A stretch of DNA of 64,000 nt from Candidatus Eiseniibacteriota bacterium (GCA_963707915.1 OY970178.1:352001-416000), one strand, 5' to 3'; counted from the first letter of the stretch, positions 8,580 through 18,986 are shown. Notes: generated by a model not told the origin, from the sequence alone. Made by a program: numbers and translations.

Positions 8580-9404
8580 ATGGGCGGCTTCCTCCCCCCT
8601 GCCGAGCGCCACAGCGGGGCCCTGCTCGGGCTCTACGCGACGCTGGCGCTGCTGCTGCTGGTCACCGGGGAACGCATCCCGCAAGCCGGGCTGCGCGGCG
8701 CCGGCGCCTGGCTGTTCGCGCCGTTCGACCGGTTGGTCCTGGCCGTCGACCGGGCGGGCTCCGCATGGCGCGAGAACGAGCGCCTGCACGAGCGCATCAC
8801 CCGCCTCGAGATCGAGACCGCCCGGCTGCGCCAGGCGGGGGTGGAGAACGTGCGCTTGCGCGACAGCCTGGACCTGCCCGCCTACCGGGCGCTGATGCTG
8901 CGCCCGGCCGAGGTCCTCTCGCTGGCGGGCGAGCCGGTCCCGACGTCGGCCACGCTGAGCGCGGGCGCCCGGCAGGGCGTGAAGGTGGGGGACGCGGTGG
9001 TGACCAGTGACGGGCTCGTGGGCCGGATCGGCGAGGTCTACGCCGGGCTCTCCCGCGTCATCCTGCTCGCCGACCCGAACTCCGCCGTGGCCTGCGAGGT
9101 GGAGAGCACCGGGGTCCAGGGCGTGCTGCGCTCCTTCACCTCTCCGCGGCCCCAGTTGCTGCTGACCGGCGTGCCGATGGCGGACACCGTGCGCGTCGGG
9201 CAACTCGTCCTGACCTCCGCGCTCTCGCTGCGCTATCCGCGCGGGCTGCCGGTGGGCCGCGTCCAGCGGCTCGCCCGCGACCTGGACGGGCTGACGCTCG
9301 AGATCGAGATCGCGCCGGCGGTGCGCCAGTCGAGGCTGCGCCACGCCTACGTGGTGCCCGGGCCGGCGCTCCCTGCCGTGCCGGGCGCGGAGGCCGGGCG
9401 ATGA
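8580..9404 (+). CDS. mreC: Rod shape-determining protein MreC
   Basis: TM segment, coiled coil (ENERL..ENVRLR), GLVGRI, VLTS..YPRGLPVG; follows mreB. Confidence 0.92.
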   Translation: MGGFLPPAERHSGALLGLYATLALLLLVTGERIPQAGLRGAGAWLFAPFDRLVLAVDRAGSAWRENERLHERITRLEIETARLRQAGVENVRLRDSLDLPAYRALMLRPAEVLSLAGEPVPTSATLSAGARQGVKVGDAVVTSDGLVGRIGEVYAGLSRVILLADPNSAVACEVESTGVQGVLRSFTSPRPQLLLTGVPMADTVRVGQLVLTSALSLRYPRGLPVGRVQRLARDLDGLTLEIEIAPAVRQSRLRHAYVVPGPALPAVPGAEAGR

Positions 9405-9913
9405 GGGCCCTGGTCGGGCTGCTGCTGCTTGCGGGAGCGGCGCTGCTGCTCCGCTCGACCGCGCTCTCCGAGCTCGCCGCCCGAGGGGTCATCGTGGACG
9501 TGCTGGCCTTCGTCACCGTGGTATGGGCCCTGCGCTGGGGCGAGAGCCAGGGCTCGACCTTCGGCTTCCTGCTGGGACTGGCCGCCGACCTCGACGCGGC
9601 CCACTGGCTGGGACGGCACGCGCTGGCGCTGGCGCTGGTGGGTTACGCGATCGGCCGGCTGTCACGCGCGCTGGTGCGCGACAGCCCGGCGACGCAGTTC
9701 ATGCTGCTCTTCTCCGCGACGGTGGTCCACCAGTCCTGGGCGCTCGTGTTCGAGCTGGGCGGGGTCGCGGGCTGGCAGTTCCTGCTCGGGCACGTGGCGG
9801 TCTCCGGTCTCGTCACCGCGCTGCTCGGCGTGCTCGTGCTTGCTCTCGCCGGCCCCGGGAGCGGAAGGTCGCTGTTCAAGCGTGCTGCCACCGAAGCCAT
9901 TCCGCGAACGTAG
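9401..9913 (+). CDS. mreD: Rod shape-determining protein MreD
   Basis: Small polytopic membrane protein with GFLLGLAAD; lies between mreC and mrdA. Confidence 0.85.
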   Translation: MRALVGLLLLAGAALLLRSTALSELAARGVIVDVLAFVTVVWALRWGESQGSTFGFLLGLAADLDAAHWLGRHALALALVGYAIGRLSRALVRDSPATQFMLLFSATVVHQSWALVFELGGVAGWQFLLGHVAVSGLVTALLGVLVLALAGPGSGRSLFKRAATEAIPRT

Positions 9914-11756
9914 GCACCAGCGATACCGCGCGCTGGTCGCCCTGACACTGGCGGGCTTCGGCCTGGCGGTGCTGGGGTTGGTGTTCCTCCAGGTCGTGGA
10001 CGGCGCGAAGTACGCCGGCCTGGCGAAGGAGAACCGCGTGCGGCCCGAAGTGCTGCGGGCGCCCCGCGGCACGATCTACGACCGGCACGGCGAGCTGCTG
10101 GCCGACAGCGCCCCGAGCTTCGGCATCGTCTTCCGGCCGTTCCCGGCCGAGAGCACCGAACGCGCGCGCGAGACGACCAACCCGGAGTGGCTGCTGAGCG
10201 TGGGTGCCCTGGTCGAGCTCGACTCGGCCGAGGTCCGGCGCCGCGTGGACTTCGCCAACCTCTCGGGCCAGAGCGCGGTCCTGCGGCACGACGCCCCGTT
10301 CGCGATGCTCGCCCGGGTCGAGGAGTCGCGCAGCGAATTGCCGGGCATCGAGGTCCAGGTGGAGCCGATCCGGCGCTACCCCAACGGGACGCTCGCCGCA
10401 CACCTGCTGGGCTACGCGGGAGAGATCAACGGCGCCGAGCTAGACTCGCTCAGGAAGGCCGGCTACCAGCCGGGCGACCTCATCGGCCGCACCGGGGTCG
10501 AGAGCCGCTACGAGGACGTCCTGCGCGGTCGCGACGGCGTCGAGTACGTCGTGGTGAACGCGCGCGGGCGCCGGGTGTCCACGCTCAAGGAGTCGGGCGC
10601 GCTGGCGCCGATGCCCGGGCAGGACCTGGTTCTCACGCTCGACCTCAAGGTGCAGCGCGCCCTCGAGGAGGCGATGGCCGATGTCCCCCGCGGCGCGGCG
10701 GTGGTGCTCGATCCGCGCGACGGCGGCGTCCTCGCGATGGTGAGCCGGCCGGTCTACGACCCGAACGAGTTCTCGCACGGCCTGACCCGCGCCCGCTGGA
10801 AGGAACTGAGCGGGGGCGGGGCCAACCCGCTGCTGGACCGGGCCATCCAGGGCGTGTATCCGCCCGGGTCCACGTTCAAGATCGTCACGATGAGCGCCGC
10901 GCTCGCCCGCGGCGTCGCCCGCGCGGACACGCGCCTGGCGCCCTGCGCCGGCGGCATGGTCTACGGCGGCCGCCGCTTCAATTGCTGGGACCACAAGGGC
11001 CACGGCTCCCTCGACCTGATCGGGGCGCTCCAGCATTCCTGCGATGTCTACTTCTACCAGCTGGGGCTCAAGCTGGGGCTCGCGGGGCTCGAGGAGACCG
11101 CGAAGGCCCTGGGGCTGGGGGCGCGGACCGGCATCGACCTGCCCCAGGAGGCGCGCGGCCTCATCCCGAGCGCGGCCTACTACGACAAGCGCTGGGGCGC
11201 CCGCGGCTGGCGATCGGGCCTGCTGCTGAACCTCGCGATCGGCCAGGGCGAGCTGCTGCTGACGCCGCTGCAGCTCGCCCTGGTGGCCGCGGAGGCGGCG
11301 AGCGACGGCCGGCCGCTGCGCCCGCACGTGGTCGAGCGCGTGGGTGCCGCGCGGACGTTCCGGCTGGCCCGGCCGCTGCAGCCGGGGCTCCCGGCGGGCC
11401 CCGCGGTATGGCGGCCGGTGCAGGAGGCCATGGAGCTCGTGGTCGCCGCGGGCACGGGCGGGGCGGCGCGGGTGCCGGGCGTGCGCGTGGCCGGCAAGAC
11501 CGGCACGGCGCAGAACCCGCACGGCCAGGACCACGCGCTGTTCGTCTGCTACGCTCCAGTGGACTCGCCGCGCGTGGCGATCGCCATCGTCATCGAGAAC
11601 GCCGGGCACGGCGGCAGCGTCTGCGCGCCCCGTGCGGGGGCGATGTTGCGGCGGCTGTTCCTGCCGGACTCGTTGCAGCGCCCGGCGGCGCGCGCGGCGC
11701 CGCGCGACTCGGTCCGGGCGGCCGCACGCGACACGGGGGTCGTGGATGGGGACTAG
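9882..11756 (+). CDS. mrdA: Penicillin-binding protein 2
   Basis: APRGTIYDR, YPPGSTFK (SxxK), SCD (SxN variant), KTGTAQ; GTG start at 9882 inferred. Confidence 0.95.
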   Translation: MLPPKPFRERRHQRYRALVALTLAGFGLAVLGLVFLQVVDGAKYAGLAKENRVRPEVLRAPRGTIYDRHGELLADSAPSFGIVFRPFPAESTERARETTNPEWLLSVGALVELDSAEVRRRVDFANLSGQSAVLRHDAPFAMLARVEESRSELPGIEVQVEPIRRYPNGTLAAHLLGYAGEINGAELDSLRKAGYQPGDLIGRTGVESRYEDVLRGRDGVEYVVVNARGRRVSTLKESGALAPMPGQDLVLTLDLKVQRALEEAMADVPRGAAVVLDPRDGGVLAMVSRPVYDPNEFSHGLTRARWKELSGGGANPLLDRAIQGVYPPGSTFKIVTMSAALARGVARADTRLAPCAGGMVYGGRRFNCWDHKGHGSLDLIGALQHSCDVYFYQLGLKLGLAGLEETAKALGLGARTGIDLPQEARGLIPSAAYYDKRWGARGWRSGLLLNLAIGQGELLLTPLQLALVAAEAASDGRPLRPHVVERVGAARTFRLARPLQPGLPAGPAVWRPVQEAMELVVAAGTGGAARVPGVRVAGKTGTAQNPHGQDHALFVCYAPVDSPRVAIAIVIENAGHGGSVCAPRAGAMLRRLFLPDSLQRPAARAAPRDSVRAAARDTGVVDGD

Positions 11757-12972
11757 GCTGAGGCTGAGGCTGCCGCCGGTCGACATGCCGCTGCTGCTGG
11801 CCGCCCTGGCGCTGGTCAGCGTGGGGCTGCTCACGGTCTACAGCGCCACCTCCATCCCGGGTGCCCACCAGGGACTGTGGATGCGCCAGTTGGCCTGGGC
11901 AGGCGTGGCCTTCGTCGTGGCCTGGGTCGTGGCGGGCATCCACTACCGGGCCTACGACGCGCTGGCCTGGCCGCTCTACCTGGTCGCCATCGCGCTGCTC
12001 GTGCTCGTGCTGGCGAAGGGCTCGAGCGCCATGGGGGCGAAACGCTGGCTCGACCTGGGGCCCCTGCACTTCCAGCCGTCGGAGCTGGCCAAGGTGGCGA
12101 CCGTGGTCCTCCTGGCCCGCCGCTTCGACCACGAGAAGCTCGACCTGCGCCGCCTCAGGCACTGGCTCCCCGCGCTGTTGATCGTCCTGGTCCCGTTCGC
12201 GCTCGTGGCCAAGGAGCCCGACCTGGGGACCTCGCTCACCTTCCCGGTAATCCTGATCGTCATGTACTTCTGGGCCGGCATGCCGGTGGGCCAGTTGCTG
12301 CTCGGGCTCTCGCCGCTGCTCAACGCCGCGCTCTTCTTCCTCACCGGCGGGCTGTGGTGGTCGGGCGGACTGGTGGTCGTGCTGCTGGGGGCGGTGCGCC
12401 CGAAGCTGTCGACGCTGGCCATCGTCCTGTTGCTCAACGTCGGGGTGGGGTACGCGCTGCCGCACGTCTGGGACCACATGCACGACTACCAGAAACGGCG
12501 CATCGCGACCTTCATGAATCCCGGCGAGGACCCCTACCGCGCCGGCTACCAGATCATCCAGTCGCGCATCGCCATCGGCTCGGGCGGGCTCAAGGGCGCG
12601 GGGTACCTCCGGGGCACGCAGAAGGCCCTGGCGTTCCTGCCCATGCGCCACACCGATTTCATCTTCTCGGTGGTGGGCGAGGAATGGGGATTGCTGGGGA
12701 CCCTCACGGTGGTGCTACTGTATGCGCTGCTCGTCCTGCGCGGCTTCAGGCTCGCGCTGGTGGCCCGCAGCGGCTTCGCGAGCCTGGTCGCCGTGGGGGT
12801 GATGAGCGCCCTCTTCTATCACATCATGGTGAACATCCTGATGACCATCGGCTGGGCGCCCGTGACCGGGCTGCCGCTGCCGTTCATCTCCTACGGAGGC
12901 ACCGCGCTGGTGGCGAACGGAATCCAGATCGGACTGCTCCAGAACGTGGCCATCCGCCGCTCGGAGCTGTGA
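11746..12972 (+). CDS. rodA: Peptidoglycan glycosyltransferase RodA
   Basis: GAKRW, FQPSELAK, EPDLGT, HTDFIFSVVGEEWG, PFISYGG SEDS motifs. Confidence 0.96.
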   Translation: MGTRLRLRLPPVDMPLLLAALALVSVGLLTVYSATSIPGAHQGLWMRQLAWAGVAFVVAWVVAGIHYRAYDALAWPLYLVAIALLVLVLAKGSSAMGAKRWLDLGPLHFQPSELAKVATVVLLARRFDHEKLDLRRLRHWLPALLIVLVPFALVAKEPDLGTSLTFPVILIVMYFWAGMPVGQLLLGLSPLLNAALFFLTGGLWWSGGLVVVLLGAVRPKLSTLAIVLLLNVGVGYALPHVWDHMHDYQKRRIATFMNPGEDPYRAGYQIIQSRIAIGSGGLKGAGYLRGTQKALAFLPMRHTDFIFSVVGEEWGLLGTLTVVLLYALLVLRGFRLALVARSGFASLVAVGVMSALFYHIMVNILMTIGWAPVTGLPLPFISYGGTALVANGIQIGLLQNVAIRRSEL

Positions 12973-12973
12973 C

Positions 12974-13783
12974 GTGCACCCCGAGATCCTGCGCTGGGGG
13001 GTGCTGCGCATCACGTCGTACGGCCTGATGCTGGCGGTCGCGTTCCTGGTCGGCACCTGGCTGGCGCTGCGGGAGTCGCGTCGGTTGGGGCTGGACGAGG
13101 ACCACGTGGTGACCGTGATCCTGGTCGCCCTGGTGGCGGGCGTGGTGGGCGCGCGGGCGCTCTACGTGGCCGAGCACCTGCGCGACTTCCGCGGCAGCTA
13201 CCTGAGCGTGCTGGCGCTGTGGCAGGGCGGGCTCACGCTCTACGGCGGTGTCGTGGCGGGGACCGTGGCGGGGCTCTTCGTGGCGCGCCGCATGGGACTG
13301 CCGATGTGGGTGACCGCCGACGCGCTGGCGCCGTCGCTGGCGCTCGGCACGGTGTTCGGGCGCGTGGGCTGCTTCCTGAACGGCTGCTGCTACGGGCACC
13401 CGACGCGGCTGCCGTGGGGCGTGGTCTTCCCGCCCGACTCCTTCGCGGGGCTCGAGTTCGGCCCCGTGCCGGTGCACCCGGCCCAGCTCTACTTCGCCGC
13501 GGCGGGCCTGCTCCTGTTCGGGGTGATCTGGTGGATGCGTCGCCGGGTGCGCGTGCCGGGCGTGCTGCTGTGGAGCCTGATCGCGCTCATGGCGCTGGTG
13601 CGCATCCCGCTCGACCTCACCCGCGTCTACGAGGCCGAGGCCACGATCGCCGAGTTCGGCGTGGTGCGGATCAGCGAGAGCCAGGTCACGAGCGTGGCGA
13701 TGCTGCTCTTCGCCCTGTTGATGATCGCCCGGCTGAAGCGCGAGTCGCGCCCAACCGCCGCTCCCCTCGCGCCGCCGCCGTGA
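12974..13783 (+). CDS. lgt: Prolipoprotein diacylglyceryl transferase
   Basis: SYGLM, GGLTLYGG, GRVGCFLNGCCYG, HPAQLY. Confidence 0.95.
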   Translation: MHPEILRWGVLRITSYGLMLAVAFLVGTWLALRESRRLGLDEDHVVTVILVALVAGVVGARALYVAEHLRDFRGSYLSVLALWQGGLTLYGGVVAGTVAGLFVARRMGLPMWVTADALAPSLALGTVFGRVGCFLNGCCYGHPTRLPWGVVFPPDSFAGLEFGPVPVHPAQLYFAAAGLLLFGVIWWMRRRVRVPGVLLWSLIALMALVRIPLDLTRVYEAEATIAEFGVVRISESQVTSVAMLLFALLMIARLKRESRPTAAPLAPPP

Positions 13784-14595
13784 GCGCGCCCGTGAAGCTG
13801 GCGGTGCTCGGCGATCCGCTGGCCTTCACGCTCTCGCCGTCGCTCCACCGCGCGGGACTCGAGGCGCTCGGCGTGCCGGGCGGATCGGAGGCGCTGCGCG
13901 TGCCCCGGTCGCGCCTGGGCGCGACCCTGGCGCGGCTCGCGGCCGAGGGCTACCGTGGCGTCAACCTCACGCATCCGCTCAAGCGCGCCGCGCTCGAGCA
14001 CCTGGCCGAGACCTCGGAGGCGGCCCGGCGCGCCGGCTCGGTGAACACCGTGACCTTCGGGCCGGGCGTGGCGCGGGGCGACACCACCGACGGAGCCGGG
14101 TTCATGGCGCTGCTGGAGGACCTCGGCTTCGGGGTCCGGCAGGCGGAGGTGGCGGTGTTCGGCGCCGGGGGCGCCGCGCGCAGCCTGGGCCTGGCGCTGA
14201 TGGAGGGCGGGGCCGCCCGCGTGACCGCGTGGGCGCGCCGGCCGGGCGAGGAATCCGCGGCGTGGGAGGGGATCGCGGGGGCGCAGGTGGTGGGCTGGGA
14301 CTCCGAGGCGGGGCGCGCCGCCCTGGCGGGCGCGTCGCTGGTGGTGAACGCCACGCCGCTGACCGGCGCCGACGAGCCGTGCGCGATCGACCGCATCCCG
14401 CGGGGGGCGCGCGTGGTGGACCTGGTCTACGGTCCCGAGCTGACCCCGTGGGTGCGCGCGGCGCGCGGGGCCGGGATCGACGCGGTCGACGGTCTCGGGC
14501 TGCTGGTCTTCCAGGCGCAGCGCTCGCTGGCGCTGTGGCTGGGCCGCGAGGTGCCGCTCGCGCCGCTCGCCGCGGCGGTGGGGTGGCCGCGGTGA
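13780..14595 (+). CDS. aroE: Shikimate dehydrogenase
   Basis: SPSLH, GVNLTHPLK, GSVNT, GAGGAA, NATP, DLVY, GLGLLVFQA; GTG start overlaps the lgt stop. Confidence 0.9.
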   Translation: MSAPVKLAVLGDPLAFTLSPSLHRAGLEALGVPGGSEALRVPRSRLGATLARLAAEGYRGVNLTHPLKRAALEHLAETSEAARRAGSVNTVTFGPGVARGDTTDGAGFMALLEDLGFGVRQAEVAVFGAGGAARSLGLALMEGGAARVTAWARRPGEESAAWEGIAGAQVVGWDSEAGRAALAGASLVVNATPLTGADEPCAIDRIPRGARVVDLVYGPELTPWVRAARGAGIDAVDGLGLLVFQAQRSLALWLGREVPLAPLAAAVGWPR

Positions 14596-15296
14596 GGCCG
14601 CCGGCGGTGCCGGCGCTGGCCGTGGCCGCGGCGCGCGATCTCGAGGCCTTCGCCCTGCCGCAGGCCTGCCCGGGCTGCGGCGCGCCCGCGGAGCCGGAGC
14701 GGCTGCTGTGCGGGGCCTGCTGCGAACGCGTCCCGGCGCTCTCCTTCGCGCTGTGCGCGCACTGCCTGGTGCGCGGGCGCGAGCCGGTCGGCTGCGGCCG
14801 GCACCCGCAGGCGCAGGTCTGGCCCGCGCTGGTCTACGACGAGCGCGCGGCGCTGCTGGTGCACGCGCTCAAGTACGGCGGCCGACCGGGGCTGGCGGAC
14901 GCCCTCGCCGGGCGGCTGGCGCGCGCCCTGCCCGCGGCGCTCGCGGCGGACCTGGTGACCGCGGTGCCGTTGCACCCGGCGCGGCGGCGCGAACGCGGCT
15001 ACAATCAGGCCTGGCGGCTGGCCACGGGACTGGCGGGCCGGCTGGGCGTGCCGGCGATCGAGGACGTGATCGAGCGCGTGCGCCACACCCCGTCGCAGGC
15101 GCGGCTCGACCCGGAGAGCCGTCGCCGCAACGTGGCGGGCGCGTTCCGGGTGCGGGAGCCGCAGCGCTACCGGGGACGGAGGGTGATCGTGGTGGACGAC
15201 GTGCTCACCACCGGCGCCACGCTCGAGGCCTGCCTCGGGACGCTGGCGGGAGCCGGGGCACGGCCGGTCGGCGCCGTGCTGGCGTGGGCCCAGTAG
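14592..15296 (+). CDS. comF: ComF family protein (double zinc ribbon plus phosphoribosyltransferase-like domain)
   Basis: CPGC..LCGAC..CAHC, VPLH..RRRERGYNQA, VVDDVLTTGATL. Confidence 0.9.
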   Translation: MRPPAVPALAVAAARDLEAFALPQACPGCGAPAEPERLLCGACCERVPALSFALCAHCLVRGREPVGCGRHPQAQVWPALVYDERAALLVHALKYGGRPGLADALAGRLARALPAALAADLVTAVPLHPARRRERGYNQAWRLATGLAGRLGVPAIEDVIERVRHTPSQARLDPESRRRNVAGAFRVREPQRYRGRRVIVVDDVLTTGATLEACLGTLAGAGARPVGAVLAWAQ

Positions 15297-15953
15297 ATGT
15301 CCCACCTGCACATCCCCGACGGCGTGCTGCCGGTGCTGCTGTGGGCCCCGGGGCTGGGCCTGGCGCTGCTGCTGCTCGCGCTCGGCGCGCGCTCGCTGCG
15401 CGGGGCGTCACCCCAGCGGCTGGCCTACCAGAGCGCGCTGGGGGCGCTGGTGCTGGCCGCGATGGTGGTGGAATTGCCGCTCGGCCCGCTCGACTACCAC
15501 CTCACGCTGGTGGGCCCGGTGGGCGTGCTGCTCGGCGCGGCCGCGGTCTTCCAGGTCGTGTTCGTGGCCAGCGCGATCCTGGCGCTGGTGGGCCACGGGG
15601 GACTCACGGTGGTGGGGCTCAACGCGCTGGTGCTGGGCGCGGGCGGGGCCCTGGCGCGCCCGGTCTACCTGGCCTGCGTCCGGCGCTGGGGGCCGCCGGC
15701 CGCGCTGGTCGCGGCGACGGCGGTCACCCAGGCGGTCTCGGGCGCGCTCTGGTTGACGGTGATGGCGCTGGCCATGCACGTGCAGGCGGTCGGGCCGCAG
15801 CGCGTGCGACTGGTCGCAGGCGTGGCGTTCCCGCTGTACCTGGCGGGCATCGTGATCGAGTCGGCGGTGGCCTTCGGGGTGGCGCGCTTCATCGCCCGCG
15901 TGCGACCGGACCTGCTCCCCGGCGCCGATCCTCCGGCGGGGAGGCCGCGGTGA
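15297..15953 (+). CDS. cbiM: ECF transporter S component, CbiM/NikM family
   Basis: HIPDG near the N-terminus, YHL, HGGLTVVGLN; multiple TM segments. Confidence 0.85.
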   Translation: MSHLHIPDGVLPVLLWAPGLGLALLLLALGARSLRGASPQRLAYQSALGALVLAAMVVELPLGPLDYHLTLVGPVGVLLGAAAVFQVVFVASAILALVGHGGLTVVGLNALVLGAGGALARPVYLACVRRWGPPAALVAATAVTQAVSGALWLTVMALAMHVQAVGPQRVRLVAGVAFPLYLAGIVIESAVAFGVARFIARVRPDLLPGADPPAGRPR

Positions 15954-16669
15954 TCAACACGCTGGCGCAGATCGACCACCTGGCGAGCGCCGGGCGCACG
16001 CCCTGGCACCGGGCCAGCGCGCTGTCGAAGCTGTTGCTCGCCGCCGGGCTGGTGTTGCTGGCGGTCTTCGCGCCCGCGCTCCGGCTGCTTGCCGGCCTCT
16101 ACGCGGCGGCCTGGGCGCTGGCGCTCACCGCCCGGCTGCCGTGGCGCCTCACGCTGGTCGCCTCCGGCTACCCGGTGGCCTTCACGCTGCTCTTCGTGCT
16201 GGCCCGCTGGGACGGCACGGCCGAGACCCCGCTGCGGCTGCTGCTGCGCCCGCTCACGGCGAGCCTGGTCGCGGTGTGGCTGGTGGGCACCACGCCCTAC
16301 CCGGACCTCTTCGCCCCGCTCTCGCGCCTGCTGCCGCGCAGCGTGGCCGACAGCCTCTTCCTGACCTATCGTGCGCTGTTCGAGTTGATGCGCCGCACCA
16401 GCGGCCTGGGGCGGGCGTTGCGCCTGCGCGGCGGCGCGAGCGGCCCGGTGCGGCGGCGGCTCACGCTGGCCGGCGAGGGTTTCGCCACCATGGTGCTGTA
16501 CGGGTTCGAGCGCAGCGAGCGGCTCTATGCCACCATGCGTCTGCGCGGGCACAGCGGGCGCATCTGCGGCTGCAACCATTTCGCGGAAGGCTCGCGGGCG
16601 GACCTGCTGGTCGCGGCGACGGGGTTGGCCGTGGCCGCCGGCGCCGCGCTGCTGTGGAGGTCGCCGTGA
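15950..16669 (+). CDS. cbiQ: ECF transporter T component, CbiQ/NikQ family
   Basis: TM segments, LTYR, ALRLRG and AMRLRG-type coupling motifs; GTG start at 15950. Confidence 0.85.
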   Translation: MINTLAQIDHLASAGRTPWHRASALSKLLLAAGLVLLAVFAPALRLLAGLYAAAWALALTARLPWRLTLVASGYPVAFTLLFVLARWDGTAETPLRLLLRPLTASLVAVWLVGTTPYPDLFAPLSRLLPRSVADSLFLTYRALFELMRRTSGLGRALRLRGGASGPVRRRLTLAGEGFATMVLYGFERSERLYATMRLRGHSGRICGCNHFAEGSRADLLVAATGLAVAAGAALLWRSP

Positions 16670-17616
16670 ACGAGCCCATCGTGCGCGTCTCCTGCGTGCG
16701 CCACACCTATCCCGACCGCAGCGAGGTCCACCTGTGCGGCCTCGATTTCGTCGTGGCGGCGGGCGAGCGGGTGGTGGTGGTGGGGCCGAACGGCTGCGGC
16801 AAGACCACGCTGCTCTTCCACATCCTCGGACTGCTCGAGCCGCGCGAGGGCGAGGTCGCGGTGTTCGGCGTGGACCCGTCGCGCCAGTTCAACCGCATCC
16901 GCGAGCGGATCGGCGTGCTGATGCAGAACGTGGACGAACAGATCATCGCGCCCACGGTGTGGGACGACGTCTCCTTCTCGCCGCGCTCCTACGGCTACAC
17001 CGGGCCCGACGTCGAGCGCATGGTGGGCGCGGCGCTGGAGCAGGTCGGCATCGCCCACCTGCGCCACAAGGTGTGCCACCACCTCTCGGGCGGGGAGAAG
17101 CGCAAGGTCGCGCTGGCGGGCGCGCTGGTGCTGGAGCCCGAGTTGCTGGTGCTGGACGAGCCCTTCGAGGGGCTCGATCCCGCCTCCCGCACCGACCTGG
17201 TCGAGCTGCTGAACCGCCTGCACCGCGAGCACGGCGTCTCGCTGGTGATGGCCACGCACGACGTCAACGCCGTGGCGGTCATGGCCGACCGGGTCTACGT
17301 GCTGGTCGGGGGGGGCGAGATCGTGGCGCAGGGGCCGCCGAGCGAGATCTTCCGCGACCCGGGACTGCTGCGCCGCAGCAACGTCGAGCCGCCGGTGCTG
17401 GCCGAGTTGTTCCAGCGGCTCGAGGAGCGCGGCGTGGCGCTGGGGCGCCCGGTGACGGTCGAGGAGGCGGTGCGCGCGATCCTCGCCTGGACCGCGAAGC
17501 ACCCCGCGCACGGGGACGCCGGCGACCTCGGGCCGCTCTTCGCCCCGGGTGAGGCGGCCGGTGGCCGCGCGCCGGGCCAAGGCGGTCCGGGCCCCGGGGC
17601 AGCGGAGGCAGGATGA
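16666..17616 (+). CDS. cbiO: ECF transporter ATPase, CbiO family
   Basis: GPNGCGKTT, QIIAPTVWDDV, LSGGEKRKV, LDEP, THD. Confidence 0.88.
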   Translation: MNEPIVRVSCVRHTYPDRSEVHLCGLDFVVAAGERVVVVGPNGCGKTTLLFHILGLLEPREGEVAVFGVDPSRQFNRIRERIGVLMQNVDEQIIAPTVWDDVSFSPRSYGYTGPDVERMVGAALEQVGIAHLRHKVCHHLSGGEKRKVALAGALVLEPELLVLDEPFEGLDPASRTDLVELLNRLHREHGVSLVMATHDVNAVAVMADRVYVLVGGGEIVAQGPPSEIFRDPGLLRRSNVEPPVLAELFQRLEERGVALGRPVTVEEAVRAILAWTAKHPAHGDAGDLGPLFAPGEAAGGRAPGQGGPGPGAAEAG

Positions 17617-18986
17617 CCGGCGACCTCTTCGGCCCCGCGGTGCCGCCGGGGCCGCCCGCGCCCGGCGAGCCGCCGGCCGACCGCACGCCGCTGGCCGATC
17701 GCATGCGGCCGCGCTCGTTCGACGAGCTGGTCGGCCAGCCGCAGCTCTTCACGCCGGGCTCGCCGCTCGCGCTGATGCGGGATGGCCGCCACCTCGCCCC
17801 GGTGATCCTCTGGGGCCCGCCGGGCACCGGCAAGACCACCCTCGCTCGCCTGGTCGCGACCACCGCGGAGGTGCCGTTCGTGGCCTTCAGCGCCGTGCTC
17901 TCGGGGGTGAAGGAGGTCCGCGAGACCATGGAGCGGGCGACGCTCGAGCGGAAGCGCTCGGGCCGGCCCACGCTGCTGTTCGTGGACGAGATCCACCGCT
18001 TCAACAAGGCGCAGCAGGACGCCTTCCTCTCGTACGTCGAGAAGGGCGACATCGTGCTGATCGGCGCCACCACCGAGAACCCGTCCTTCGAGGTGAACGC
18101 CGCGCTGCTGTCGCGGATGCGCGTGGTCGTGCTCCAGCCGCTCGGGCCCGCCGACCTGGTGGTCCTGCTGCAGCGCGCGCTGGACGATCGCGAACGAGGG
18201 CTGCAGCGCGAGTGCGCGGCCGACCCGGACGCGCTGGAGCTGATCGCGGCGAGCGCGGACGGCGACGCCCGCCGCGCGCTCAACACGCTGGAGATGGCCG
18301 CGGCCTCGGTCGGCGCGGCCCCGCCGGGCGAGCCGCCGCGGATCACCGTGGAGGTCGTGAAGCAGGCGCTGGCGCGGCGCCACCTGCGCTACGACCGCGC
18401 GGGCGAGGAGCACTTCAACCTGATCTCCGCGCTCCACAAGTCGCTGCGCGACTCGGACCCGCACGCCGGGCTCTACTGGCTGGCGCGCATGCTGGCGGCG
18501 GGTGAGGACCCGCTCTACGTCGCGCGCCGGCTGGTGCGCTTCGCCAGCGAGGACGTCGGCAACGCCGACCCGCAGGCGCTTCCGCTCGCGGTCGCCGCGT
18601 TCCAGGCCTACCACCAGCTGGGGACCCCCGAGGGCGAGCTGGCGCTGGCGCAGTGCGCCGCGTACCTCGCGACCGCCCCCAAGAGCAACGCGGTCTACGT
18701 CGGCCTCGGCAAGGCCATGGCCGAGGTGGAGGAGAGCGGCAGCCTGCCGCCGCCGCTGGTCATCCGCAACGCGCCCACGGGGCTCATGAAGGAACTCGGC
18801 TACGGCCGGGGCTACCGCTACGCCCACGACGAGCCGGGCGGCATCGCGGACCAGCAGCACCTGCCGGACGAGTTGGTGGGGAAGCGCTTCTACGAGCCGA
18901 CCGGAGCGGGGCAGGAGGCCGTGATCGCGGCGCGGATGAAGGAGTGGGAGCGCCGGTTGGCGGGCCGGAAGCGTCCGGGGGCCTGA
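17613..18986 (+). CDS. rarA: Replication-associated recombination protein A (MgsA)
   Basis: PLADRMRP, GPPGTGKTT, DEIHRFNKAQQD, ATTENPSFE, ASEDVGNADP. Confidence 0.97.
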   Translation: MTGDLFGPAVPPGPPAPGEPPADRTPLADRMRPRSFDELVGQPQLFTPGSPLALMRDGRHLAPVILWGPPGTGKTTLARLVATTAEVPFVAFSAVLSGVKEVRETMERATLERKRSGRPTLLFVDEIHRFNKAQQDAFLSYVEKGDIVLIGATTENPSFEVNAALLSRMRVVVLQPLGPADLVVLLQRALDDRERGLQRECAADPDALELIAASADGDARRALNTLEMAAASVGAAPPGEPPRITVEVVKQALARRHLRYDRAGEEHFNLISALHKSLRDSDPHAGLYWLARMLAAGEDPLYVARRLVRFASEDVGNADPQALPLAVAAFQAYHQLGTPEGELALAQCAAYLATAPKSNAVYVGLGKAMAEVEESGSLPPPLVIRNAPTGLMKELGYGRGYRYAHDEPGGIADQQHLPDELVGKRFYEPTGAGQEAVIAARMKEWERRLAGRKRPGA

